A stretch of DNA of 64,000 bases. It comes from Chrysemys picta bellii. Its lineage: Eukaryota. This document shows, in pieces, positions 53,001-58,235 of the stretch (the first letter of the stretch is position 1; every line of letters starts with the position of its first letter). The DNA lies in the NCBI RefSeq assembly GCF_011386835.1, contig NC_088801.1, forward strand, positions 63,116,001-63,180,000, in the 5' to 3' direction. Both the position numbers and the translations under genes were made by a program. The notes under the pieces are model-generated. The model made no database searches. It had not been told where the DNA came from and worked only from the letters and a program-made list of their open reading frames with translations.

Positions 53001-56000
53001 ACTGGCTACAATTCTACAATTAATCCTCTGACCTTCCCAGCCACACCATGGCCTGTTGCATGTAAGATTCACCCTCTCCCGAATGTCTTCTCCTTACGTC
53101 TGACCTGTGGGGTTCCCAGTAAGCAGAATGCAAACATCAAAAAGTGGCAGCATCCGCTTTCTTTTATATTCAGCAGTTTTAGAAGAAAATATCATGTCAG
53201 GTCACCTTTAAAGTCCAAATCATAATACAATAAAATCTGTAAGCAGTGTACTGACATCTTCTTCAAGGTCCATTGATTAGTTACCACTCAATCCTATATA
53301 TACAACTTGGGAGTAATTGATTTAAGGGTGAGATTTGACACTTCATGCTTTCCTAGTAAAACAATTTGTAGTCTTTGATACACTTGTCTCTAACAGAGTG
53401 GAAAGTGGGTAAAACAGACTTTCTTCCAATGAAACAAAGTGCTCTTGTCCTCCCCTGCCAGGTGTTTGACCTGAAGGGCTCCCTGCGGAACAGAAATGTG
53501 AAAACAGACACTGGGAAGGAAAGCTGCGATGTTGTCCTGCTAGATGAAAATCTCTTGAAGATGGTACGGGACAACCCTCTGTATATCCGCTCCCACTGCA
53601 AGGCTGTGCTGAGGGCTTCCATCCACAGCGATTCCCACTTTCTTTCCAGCCACCTCATCATTGACTATTCCCTGCTGGTTGGCCGTGATGATACTAGCAA
53701 TGAGCTGGTGGTTGGGATCATTGGTATGTAATCTTTGCTCTTGCTCTTTCAAGTACTTAACTTTAACTTCATGGACTTTAGTATCAGAGGGGTAGCCGTG
53801 TTAGTCTGAATCTGTAAAAAGCAACAGGTTCCTGTGGCACCTTTTCCGCAGGGAGCCCTTGCGTCTGATGAAGTGGGCATTCACTCACGAAAGCTTATGC
53901 TCCAATACTTCTTTTAGTCTTAAAGGTGCCACAGGACCCTCTGTTGCTTTTTTCATGGACTTTGTGTTTCTTATCACCACCATACCATATCTGTGGTTAT
54001 TTGTGACTTCTGCATCTTCCTTTGAATTAAGCTGTGTGTTGGGGGCAGTTCACGGTGAACCTTTCTGAAGCCTCCCTTGGAGTCAGAGCCATATCTGTGG
54101 CTAATATATTTGAAGAATTATGTGGGCGAATGACCCCATTCAAACATTCACTGGATCCACCCAACTCAACAAAGGCACATGTCATGAGCACTTGCCTTTC
54201 ACCTTGCTGAAGTAAGATCACACTGACTGTGAAAGCTTAAGGATTTCTCTCACTCCTTTCTTTCCAGCCTGTCTGTTTGCTTGTAACCCTAGCTGTCCAA
54301 ATGCTAACATGCATGCTGAGTACCTTTTGCAGTCATTTAAAGGAAAGTCAAGTTGGTGTCTAATTTGCATGCCTTGGAGTCAAAGTCCATGTTAAAATAG
54401 AGAGTGGATTATTTATGCCACCTTACATACTTCTCCTCACTGCCTTTCCTGTCCAAGCTGAATGGCAATTTAAGTCAACTTACTTACAGAGACGGGCCTA
54501 GAAAAAATGCATAGGTTTGATTTAATTTTTTTTTAAGACTAGAAGGGACCTTATGGTCAATGCAGGAAGTCAACCTAGATGTACAGGCTGTAGAATTTCA
54601 CCTGTTCGTTCCTGTATCACACCTAATAACTTACGGTTGAACTAGAACACTCCTTAGACAGCCAATCTTGAATAAAAGGCTTGGCTGGTGAATCCACCAC
54701 ATTCCATATTTGAAACCCCTTAGGGGAAAATTGGTTTTCAAAATAAAGATGCCAACTCATCCCAAAGGATGTTTCCAAACTGAGGTCTCTTAAGATGGGA
54801 GCTAGGGAATCCTCTGTGCTTCCTATTCCTATTCCCCCCCAAGCTGCAGGGAACCCCAGGCCCTTTAAATCACCGTCGGAGCCCTGCCGCTGCTATCCCG
54901 GGGCTCGGGCGGTGCTTTAAAGGGGTCGGAGCTCTGGCCGCTGTGGGGAGCCCCGGGCCCTTTAAATCACCATCGGAGCCCTGCTGCCGCTACCCCAATA
55001 TAACGCGGTTTCACCTATAACGCGGTAAGATTTTTTTTGGCTCCCGAGGCCCGCGTTATATCTGGGTAGAGGTGTATTTTGCATGTTCATTCCCACAGTC
55101 ACTTAAGCAGTGTCAGCCAACTTTCTAAGTAGTGAATCTCTTCATATGATGAGGTAGCGCTGTACCAAGAGCATTGTAAGCAAACTTAGTGGAAAAATGG
55201 CCACTTCATCTGTTTCTCTTGTCTGCTAATGGCAGGATCTGTTGTTTTCCTATAATAACCACTACCTGCATTTGTTGGTTATTCGGGTAGCATTTTACAT
55301 CAGATGATTAGGTGTTCCTGCATATATCCTGAAACAGATGGTGATAGTACAAAATTGTAGGCATTATGGAAGGCTTATTTGCCTCTGCTGGACGATGAAT
55401 AAACCTATCAGAGAAGTAAACCTATGGACCAGGGAAGGGGTAGGGATGGTTTTATGGCCTGCAGCATGCAGGGGGTCAGACCAGATGATCATAATGGTCC
55501 CTTCTGACCTCAAAGTCTAGGAGTCTATGATCTCTGGCTACATGTCACGCTGTTTCTCCATCACTTCCGCTGGTACCTGTCATACTAAGGTGACTTTGAA
55601 TACATTCAAATTCAAGAGCTACAGAACTAACTCTGGTCCTAATACAATCTAAAGCTTTGCATCATTTATTCTTTTGCTTATAAATGGACATTTGTACAGA
55701 CTGCTCTTAACTTTTCAAGTGAAAATTGGTTTTAGTTCATCTATAATTTTTCTCTCCCTCTCCCTCTCCCTTTCCCCCTCTCTCTCTCTCTCTCTCTCTC
55801 AAATGTATTTATTTATTTTCTGGAAATCACTTCTGTTTTTAACCTGAATCCCTCAGGGAAACATGCCTTGAGTATTGCTGGATTGAGTTGAGAAGAGAAA
55901 AATAATTCAGTATTCCCTGAAGAACCGATGGGAATAGTTTTTTATTCCTCTTGCATTCTACTCTTTGTGCTTACAAAGATGCCACTTTTATCCAAAAACA

Positions 56001-58235
56001 GGCTGCGTCAGTGTTCCCACTTTTGTTTTGTTTTAAAAAGAGGCGAGGTCATTGCCATTTGAATAGCTACAGAAAGGGCTGATGCTAGGACCATCATTGT
56101 TTGCGTTTTTGTTCAGTAAATTCTCTTCTGCCCCACTGTTTGTGCATAGCTCACCACAAAGCGTGGGCTATTGAAGGGGTTTCAATAAATATTGGAAAAT
56201 ATTTGTGCAGTGAATGGAAAATCTGTAATCAGCAGGTCTCCGTGAAAGTAACAACATTCACTTAAAAATAACACTTTCTGTAAATAATAATAAGCCTTGA
56301 ATATAAGGCTGGGCAACTGCAATGAGTAAGTGCTAGGATGAAGACTAATTGATATTGCTTACAGGGACTCTGTACAACATGTGGGAGAGCAATAAGAGAA
56401 GCAGGATCACCTAATGAAGATTTTTTTTTTTTAAACTATGTTTTTCTCATAAGCCTGAGAAGCTGTATTGACTTTAGTTCATGTTCCAAGGAGAGAGGTT
56501 TGGAAGCAACCCTGGGACTTTCCTGCCCAAGCCATGCTGTCCTCCTTTCCTTTTGTTCAGGGTAACCTCTGGCATTCCCAGCCCTTCTTTCTATAAAGGA
56601 AAGTTGGGAGGTGCTCTGAAAGCCGCACCAGATGCTTTTTGTGGGCAAAAGAGACTTTAATAAAGGGTAATAATACTAACTTAAAATGAATGAGTTGCTA
56701 GATCTTAAGCCATCTCTGGGCACCCTTGATCATAAACCACCTTATGAACTGTAGGACCAGTGTGGGGCGGCTCCTTGCACATGTAGGATTGGGGTCAGCT
56801 GGATGAAGGAAAGTTCATAACAAGATGCTTGGAGCTCTCACTAATTTGAGTGAAGGCAAAGCATATCTGAGCAATATCTTTATGTACATAGTGACTAGCT
56901 GGTGTGTTCTCATCGCTACTGAGCTATTTCCCCTGCCAGCGTGAGAGACCGCTGGCTAAGAATGTGAAATTGTTCTGTTGGCAGCAAATGCTTGCAACTT
57001 GAATTTCTTTGCCATATGCCAGGAATGTATTTCTAATTACCCAGAAATATCTCTTTGGAATATGAACTTCATGACGCGTCTTTCTGTATTTGTAATAGAT
57101 TACATTCGCACCTTTACCTGGGACAAAAAGCTTGAAATGGTGGTGAAGTCAACAGGCATCCTGGGAGGACAAGGTGAGTCCAAGACACACCCAATATTAT
57201 TTCTGATAACCCACTCTATTGGCACTGCTATTGACAGATTTCAGGCAATACTATTTTCTCTCCCCTTCACCCCCACCACTCTCTCTCTCGTACAAATTTA
57301 TTGTTGCAACTCTTTCCTCTTGTCCCTCATTCCTAAGGCTGTGCACAGTGTAAGAGTGTTCTCACAATGTATCTACATGGATGGTACTGTTAATTGGCCT
57401 ATTACTTTTTGTAGGGCAGGGTCACCTACGTATCTCACTGCTCTCCTGTCTTAGAGTAACGCTATCTCCGTATTGTTGGGTTATTTGCAGGAGTCACTAA
57501 TCTTTTAAAAGCAGATTCAGAAATGCCCGTTTCTTGGTTTTGGGGAATGAAATCTTTTCTGTGAAAACTCCCCTGCACCCTGTGTGCTCAGAAGATCTGA
57601 TTCCTCTCTTCCGCCTGCGACCCTTCCTCCCGGATATCACAGCCACACTGCCTTCCCAAACCATGCTGAAGTGGCTCACGCTACTCGCTGTGATGTCAAA
57701 GTTCCCCTCAGCACAAGTGCTTGACCATGTAACTTTCTAGTATCATTACACCTGTGCCGGTTGTGGGGAGCTCAAAGGGGAAATGCTTACAAATGAGCTG
57801 TCAGCAGCTCAAGAGGAAGAGTTGTCTTGTGGCTGAGGCACTTGACTGGGACACGGGAGTCTGTTCAGTTCTCAGCTCTGCCCTGCCTGGTGTTGGACAA
57901 GTCACTTCACTTCTGTCTCTGAGCCCATCTGTAAAATGGGGCTACTACTTCCTTTGTCTTGTTTGCTGAGAGATTCTTACACTGTGTGTGTGGGTGCAGC
58001 AGTCCGTGCTATAGAGCCCCAAGGCTCTAGGTACTACTGTAATACAAACCTGATTTTTTTTCCTGTGTGAACTCTGGTCCATCTCAAACTGTGGCATTAT
58101 TGTCTCTTTTAAACACTAGGTAAAATGCCAACTGTGGTCTCTCCAGAACTGTACCGGACCAGGTTTTGTGAAGCAATGGACAAGTATTTCCTGATGGTGC
58201 CAGATCATTGGACAGGGCTGGGTCTGAATTGCTGA
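5000..58235 (+). CDS. PIKFYVE: PIKFYVE (1-phosphatidylinositol 3-phosphate 5-kinase), 5'-partial multi-exon gene with 30 coding exons in the window: CCT/TCP1-like domain, conserved CHK/CCR region and C-terminal PIP kinase domain
   Basis: Spliced exons translate to peptides I recognise as vertebrate PIKfyve ([61 protein letters not shown]-terminal [10 protein letters not shown]). All introns are GT-AG. Exons sum to 4706 nt = 2 + 1568 codons including the stop. The FYVE and DEP exons lie upstream of the window. Confidence 0.98.
6828..7113. mobile_element. PIF/Harbinger-type MITE
   Basis: TIRs GGCCTTGGCTACACT / AGTGTAGACCTGGCC; 3-bp TSD TTG; internal palindromes. Confidence 0.85.
8066..8195 (+). 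CDS. PIKFYVE: PIKFYVE window exon 2/30 (130 nt)
   Basis: tttag|AG...CT|gtaagt; (E)[42 protein letters not shown](L). Confidence 0.96.
8588..9109. mobile_element. Harbinger-type MITE (outer), interrupted by a nested MITE
   Basis: GGGCTGGTCTACAC ... GTGTAGACATGTTT with TGA on both flanks. Confidence 0.75.
8623..8855. mobile_element. Harbinger-type MITE (inner, young)
   Basis: Perfect 15-bp TIRs GGCCTTGGCTACACT / AGTGTAGCCAAGGCC; TAA TSD at 8620-8622 and 8856-8858. Confidence 0.9.
10049..10229 (+). CDS. PIKFYVE: PIKFYVE window exon 3/30 (181 nt)
   Basis: ctgcag|C...AAA|gtgagt; [60 protein letters not shown]. Confidence 0.97.
11045..11215 (+). mobile_element. tRNA-derived SINE with CR1-like 3' tail (turtle PolIII/SINE type), 5'-truncated
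   Basis: tRNA-like head with B box GAGTTCAATCC (11081-11091); tail GGACTCGATGACCTTTCAAGGTCCCTTCCAGTTCTAG resembles the CR1 3' end. Confidence 0.85.
11461..11784. mobile_element. Tigger/pogo (Tc1-mariner) MITE
   Basis: TA|CAGTAGAACCTCAGAG ... CCGAGCTTCTACTG|TA; TA TSD. Confidence 0.85.
11963..12037 (+). CDS. PIKFYVE: PIKFYVE window exon 4/30 (75 nt)
   Basis: gttag|ATC...AAG|gtaatg; [25 protein letters not shown]. Confidence 0.97.
12902..13009 (+). CDS. PIKFYVE: PIKFYVE window exon 5/30 (108 nt)
   Basis: ctctag|ATG...CAG|gttag; [36 protein letters not shown]. Confidence 0.97.
17159..17299 (+). CDS. PIKFYVE: PIKFYVE window exon 6/30 (141 nt)
   Basis: atctag|GAA...CCG|gtgagt; [47 protein letters not shown]. 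Confidence 0.97.
17688..17814 (+). CDS. PIKFYVE: PIKFYVE window exon 7/30 (127 nt)
   Basis: ttacag|CAA...AATG|gtgagt; [42 protein letters not shown]. Confidence 0.97.
18037..18600. mobile_element. hAT MITE
   Basis: CAGAGGTGGGCAAACT ... AGTTTGCCCGCCCCTG; perfect 8-bp TSD ATCTAATG. Confidence 0.92.
19105..19170 (+). mobile_element. Short CR1/SINE 3' tail remnant
   Basis: GGACTAGATGACTTTTGAGGTCTATTCTAGCCCTACA resembles the CR1 tail. Confidence 0.6.
19510..20699 (+). CDS. PIKFYVE: PIKFYVE window exon 8/30 (large, 1190 nt)
   Basis: ttctag|AT...AAG|gtaaga; (D)[23 protein letters not shown]...RGESVWSHK; makes up most of track ORF 19452..20711. Confidence 0.98.
22068..22168 (+). CDS. PIKFYVE: PIKFYVE window exon 9/30 (101 nt)
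   Basis: gtcag|GTG...TG|gtatga; [33 protein letters not shown](W). Confidence 0.97.
22476..23957 (+). mobile_element. CR1 LINE, 5'-truncated and decayed ORF2/3' end
   Basis: RT remnants (SGVP...[26 protein letters not shown]; LEKRI...[13 protein letters not shown]) with stops and frameshifts; 3' tail GACCTCTCGAGGTCCCTTCCAGCCC. Confidence 0.92.
24539..25233. mobile_element. hAT MITE (middle layer)
   Basis: CAGGGCAACTTTTGGCATCCGGCC ... GGCCGGATGCCAAAGGTTGCCGACCCCTG; TSD GTATAGGA/GTATAGGG (7/8). Confidence 0.85.
24563..24970. mobile_element. hAT MITE (innermost, GC/CpG-rich)
   Basis: CAGGGCCGGCTCC ... AGAGCCAGCCCTG; perfect 8-bp TSD ATCCGGCC. Confidence 0.92.
25769..25840 (+). CDS. PIKFYVE: PIKFYVE window exon 10/30 (72 nt)
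   Basis: catcag|G...AG|gtaaga; [23 protein letters not shown](R). Confidence 0.97.
26615..27741 (-). mobile_element. CR1 LINE, 5'-truncated ORF2/3' end
   Basis: Minus-strand [38 protein letters not shown] and [19 protein letters not shown]; terminal TAAGAACATAAGAA repeat. Confidence 0.93.
27776..27947 (+). CDS. PIKFYVE: PIKFYVE window exon 11/30 (172 nt)
   Basis: tttaag|G...CAG|gtaaag; [57 protein letters not shown]. Confidence 0.97.
29503..29529. repeat. Alternating purine-pyrimidine (TG)n(CG)n(CA)n tract
   Basis: Direct reading; contains a perfect 22-bp palindrome at 29508-29529. Confidence 0.9.
29666..29844 (+). CDS. PIKFYVE: PIKFYVE window exon 12/30 (179 nt)
   Basis: ttcag|GTC...AG|gtaagg; [59 protein letters not shown](S). 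Confidence 0.97.
30433..30546 (+). CDS. PIKFYVE: PIKFYVE window exon 13/30 (114 nt)
   Basis: cttag|C...AA|gtatgt; [37 protein letters not shown](K). Confidence 0.97.
30795..31097. mobile_element. Harbinger-type MITE
   Basis: GGGTATGTCTACACAGCAGCTG ... CAGCTGCTGCATAGGTCTACCC. Confidence 0.7.
31500..31762. mobile_element. Harbinger-type MITE of the 6828 family, inverted orientation, one end truncated
   Basis: Shares the TTCAGCTACG..CGTAGCTGAA and GCGTCTAG..TAGACGC palindromes in reverse order; ends GTGTAGACATACCC. Confidence 0.8.
32079..32187 (+). CDS. PIKFYVE: PIKFYVE window exon 14/30 (109 nt)
   Basis: cacag|G...GAG|gtaaca; [36 protein letters not shown]. Confidence 0.97.
32300..32454 (+). 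CDS. PIKFYVE: PIKFYVE window exon 15/30 (155 nt)
   Basis: ggcag|ATG...AG|gtaaga; [51 protein letters not shown](R). Confidence 0.97.
33133..33425. mobile_element. Harbinger-type MITE
   Basis: GGGCTGTTCTACACTAC ... GTAGTATAGACTAGCCC. Confidence 0.75.
33526..33616 (+). CDS. PIKFYVE: PIKFYVE window exon 16/30 (91 nt)
   Basis: tttag|A...AAG|gtaatc; [30 protein letters not shown]. Confidence 0.97.
34120..34280 (-). mobile_element. Ancient L2-type LINE ORF2 C-terminal relic
   Basis: Minus-strand remnants resembling LDYCNS-L-LP and LHWVP, typical of L2 ORF2 ends; frameshifted. Confidence 0.45.
35000..35060 (+). CDS. PIKFYVE: PIKFYVE window exon 17/30 (61 nt)
   Basis: cacag|ATC...AAAG|gtctgt; [20 protein letters not shown]. 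Confidence 0.94.
37002..37261. mobile_element. Harbinger-type MITE
   Basis: GGCCTGGTCTAAACTAG ... AGTGTAGACAAGCCC. Confidence 0.75.
37529..37684 (+). CDS. PIKFYVE: PIKFYVE window exon 18/30 (156 nt)
   Basis: aacag|AC...GAAG|gtacaa; (D)[51 protein letters not shown]. Confidence 0.95.
38565..38810 (+). mobile_element. Ancient CORE-SINE (MIR-like) relic with a small internal insertion
   Basis: CTGGGTTCTATTCATGGCTC...GGCAAGTCACT ... AACCTC...CCTCAATTTTTAAAATGG core-like sequence. Confidence 0.5.
38931..39051 (+). CDS. PIKFYVE: PIKFYVE window exon 19/30 (121 nt)
   Basis: tctag|AT...TT|gtaagt; (D)[39 protein letters not shown](F). Confidence 0.97.
39555..39650 (+). CDS. PIKFYVE: PIKFYVE window exon 20/30 (96 nt)
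   Basis: tacag|T...AG|gtattt; [31 protein letters not shown](S). Confidence 0.97.
40063..40146 (+). CDS. PIKFYVE: PIKFYVE window exon 21/30 (84 nt)
   Basis: ttcag|T...AG|gtgaca; [27 protein letters not shown](S). Confidence 0.94.
40188..40806. mobile_element. hAT MITE
   Basis: CAGGGGTGGGCAAACT ... AGTTTGCCCACCCCTG; TSD TTCTAGAG/CTCTAGAG (7/8). Confidence 0.9.
41462..41553 (+). CDS. PIKFYVE: PIKFYVE window exon 22/30 (92 nt)
   Basis: ttcag|T...C|gtaagg; [30 protein letters not shown]. Confidence 0.92.
42468..42632 (+). CDS. PIKFYVE: PIKFYVE window exon 23/30 (165 nt)
   Basis: tttag|CA...CAAG|gtatgc; (P)[54 protein letters not shown]. Confidence 0.94.
43638..43697 (+). CDS. PIKFYVE: PIKFYVE window exon 24/30 (60 nt)
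   Basis: ttcag|AT...C|gtgagt; (D)[19 protein letters not shown]. Confidence 0.95.
44213..44389 (+). CDS. PIKFYVE: PIKFYVE window exon 25/30 (177 nt), start of the PIP kinase domain
   Basis: tgcag|AG...GAAG|gtaaaa; (Q)[58 protein letters not shown]. Confidence 0.97.
44962..45065 (+). CDS. PIKFYVE: PIKFYVE window exon 26/30 (104 nt), contains the ATP-binding Lys motif FILKQM
   Basis: aacag|AT...AAG|gtagga; (D)[34 protein letters not shown]. Confidence 0.97.
45161..45419. mobile_element. hAT MITE
   Basis: CAGGGCCAGCTCCAG ... CTGGAGCCGGCCCTG; perfect 8-bp TSD ACTAACAG. Confidence 0.92.
45560..45744 (+). repeat. DIRS left inverted terminal repeat
   Basis: Reverse complement of about 51617-51786, with about 3 internal mismatches by eye. 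Confidence 0.93.
45700..45733 (+). promoter_or_regulatory. Putative TATA + Initiator core promoter in the DIRS left ITR
   Basis: TATATA at 45700-45705 and TCAGTT at 45728-45733 (A at 45730, about 30 nt downstream); mirrored on the - strand in the right ITR. Confidence 0.55.
45956..48495 (+). CDS. DIRS ORF1 Gag-like protein (N-terminal Cys/His finger, Pro-rich and RS/HR-rich middle, basic tail), with a 1-nt frame break at the C14 run 48355-48368
   Basis: ATG at 45956; CASC...CLKC...H...CKIC motif. After the C run, the other frame gives a coherent basic tail [20 protein letters not shown]...PRQNF* ending at TGA 48493-48495. Confidence 0.85.
48494..50467 (+). CDS. DIRS ORF2 Pol: reverse transcriptase, RNase H and Dam-like N6-adenine methyltransferase domain
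   Basis: RT motifs [32 protein letters not shown] and YLDD (49142-49153); RNase [34 protein letters not shown]; MTase-like IDLFAS...YAFPPF; no internal stops. Confidence 0.93.
   Translation, partial: EGAVEDGAPVIPQDPAPSFRDRLSHFHRVWCLITSDRWVLRTVERGYAIQFSSIPPSHPPSPSLFRDPSHEQLLIQEVSTLLAMGAIEEVPVELRGRGFYSRYFLIPKSKGGLRPILDLRGLNKFVVKLKFRMVSLGAIIPSLDPGDWFAALDMKDAYLHIAIYPPHRRFLRFVVNRVHYQFAVLPFGLSSAPRVFTKCMAVVAAYLRRQGIQVFPYLDDWLVRGRTKEQVRDHVHIIVHTFNKLGILLNKDKSTLEPTQRIEFIGAVLDSRRAQAILPDNRFCTITSLIQGLKAFPTTTVRSCLTLLGHMASCTYVTRHARLRLRPLQTWVSSIYRPHRDSLNMVVTVPNSVLTSLTWWLDHNVVCEGMPFHAPQPSLHLVTDASSLGWGAHLNEHHTQGLWTAPQLALHINVRELMAVRLACQAFLNLLRGRCVLVLIDNTTAMFYINKQGGARSSILCQEAIRLWDFCIAHSILLTASFLPGVQNTLADRLSRSFQTHEWSIRPDIIHSVFQKWGFPQIDLFASRDNRKCHVFCSLQGRAPGSLSDAFLLPWKDHLFYAFPPFPLVHKVLLKLRRDQAQVILIAPAWQRQHWYTTLLELSVQTPIPLPLCPDLISQDHGRLRHPDLQSLHLTAWLLHGSPRQSSSARTLSNRFC
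48496..51468 (+). CDS. DIRS ORF3 tyrosine recombinase; the 5' two-thirds overlaps Pol in another frame
   Basis: Open from 48496 to TAA 51466-51468. The C-terminal part has the [17 protein letters not shown] core-binding region and catalytic R (ARRVSEL), HxxR (HSTR), W (AVWSS) and Y (FTEHY). Confidence 0.92.
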   Translation, partial: RCGRGRRPSHPPGSSPLLSGSPLPLPPCLVPYNFGPLGPSHGGEGIRYPVFFNPPLPPPFPVPLQGPFSRATSYTGSFYAPRYGGHRGGSSGIKGQGILFPLLPHSQVQRRSATHLGLARTQQIRSKVEVPHGLSGGHYPFPRSWRLVRRPRHERRIPSHCYLPASQTLPAIRGKQGALPICSPSLRPILGPTGVHEMYGCRGSVPSSARDTGVPVPRRLAGTRSHQRTSSRSRPHNSAHIQQVGYPTQQGQIHSRTYPENRIHRRGSRLQTRTSHPARQSLLHHHEPHSRTQGLPNYHGEVVPYPAGSHGFLHVRNQACQTSASPTPDVGVINIPPTSGQPEHGGHSPELGPDLPHMVARSQCGLRRDAVSRPTTLSAPGHRRFISGLGRPSQRAPYPGPVDCTPASPAHQCSGTDGGAPGVPGISQSPTWSLCVSSHRQHHGHVLHQQARRSTFVNSMPRGHSPVGLLHRPLNPSHGIVPPWSPEHFSGPTQQVLSNTRVVYPSGHHTFRFPEVGVSPDRPVCISRQQEVPRVLLPARSSSGLPLGCVSPSLERPPVLCLPSVSSGPQGTAQIAQRPGTGDSDRPSVAETTLVHHAVGTLGSDTDPASIMPGSHLSGPRSPASPRPAITPPHGVAAPWFTQAEQQCSHSVQQILLSSRKPSTRTTYLAKWKRFSCWCEQRATSPLQAPIPLILEYLLSLKQQGLAISSIRVHLAAISAFHPGELASSVFSNPMVVRFLKGLDRMYPQQRQPVPTWDLNLVLSKLTGHPFEPLATCSLLYLSWKTAFLVAITSARRVSELRALTSEPPYTVFHKDKVQLRPHPAFLPKVVSPFHINQDIFLPVFHPKPHATRQDQRLHSLDVRRALAFYIDRTRHFRKTTQLFVAVADRMKGSPVSSQRLSSWITSCIRTCYDLAGVSAPHLTAHSTRAQASSTAFLAQVPIQDICRAAVWSSVHTFTEHYALVQQSRDDAAFGSAVLHTAMSHSDPTT
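51484..51584 (+). repeat. DIRS internal complementary region (ICR)
   Basis: 51484-51523 is the exact reverse complement of 45560-45599, and 51520-51584 is the exact reverse complement of 51769-51833. The two halves overlap at AGAA. Confidence 0.96.
51617..51833 (-). repeat. DIRS right inverted terminal repeat plus right-end extension
   Basis: Inverted copy of the left ITR followed by a terminal segment complementary to the ICR. Confidence 0.93.
51901..52029 (+). CDS. PIKFYVE: PIKFYVE window exon 27/30 (129 nt)
   Basis: atcag|AAA...CAG|gtgagg; [43 protein letters not shown]. Confidence 0.97.
52149..52442. mobile_element. Harbinger-type MITE of the 6828 family, diverged
   Basis: GGCCTTGTCTACACT ... 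AATATAGACAAGGC; TTCAGCTACGTTATTCACATAGCTGAA palindrome. Confidence 0.75.
53462..53723 (+). CDS. PIKFYVE: PIKFYVE window exon 28/30 (262 nt)
   Basis: gccag|GTG...ATTG|gtatgt; [39 protein letters not shown]...[22 protein letters not shown]. Confidence 0.98.
53780..53951 (+). mobile_element. 172-bp hammerhead-bearing non-autonomous retroelement (Penelope-like or retrozyme-like)
   Basis: Flanked by a 12-bp direct repeat TTCATGGACTTT (53768-53779 and 53952-53963); internal inverted arms; hammerhead core. Confidence 0.8.
53861..53907 (+). ncRNA. Minimal type I hammerhead ribozyme motif (activity unverified)
   Basis: CUGAUGA (53865-71), extra A, stem II GUGGG/CUCAC with CAUUCA loop, GAAA (53889-92), short stem III GC-UUAU-GC, UC cleavage site at 53901-53902; helix I poorly paired. 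Confidence 0.7.
54835..55074. mobile_element. Tigger/pogo-type MITE, one end preserved
   Basis: Ends CGCGTTATATCTGGGTAGAGGTG|TA; internal duplicated GGCCCTTTAAATCACC motif; left boundary approximate. Confidence 0.65.
55443..55530 (+). mobile_element. CR1 3' tail fragment
   Basis: GGTCAGACCAGATGATCATAATGGTCCCTTCTGACCT...GAGTCTATGA. Confidence 0.65.
55745..55800. repeat. Polypyrimidine / (CT)n microsatellite
   Basis: Direct reading. Confidence 0.9.
57099..57173 (+). CDS. PIKFYVE: PIKFYVE window exon 29/30 (75 nt), activation loop
   Basis: aatag|AT...CAAG|gtgagt; (D)[24 protein letters not shown]. Confidence 0.97.
57825..57990 (+). mobile_element. Ancient CORE-SINE (MIR-like) relic
   Basis: GGACAAGTCACTTCACTTCTGTCTCTGAGCCCATCTGTAAAATGGGG core-like sequence. 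Confidence 0.6.
58120..58235 (+). CDS. PIKFYVE: PIKFYVE terminal coding exon 30/30 (116 nt coding, TGA at 58233-58235)
   Basis: actag|GT AAA ATG; (G)[37 protein letters not shown]. Confidence 0.98.
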
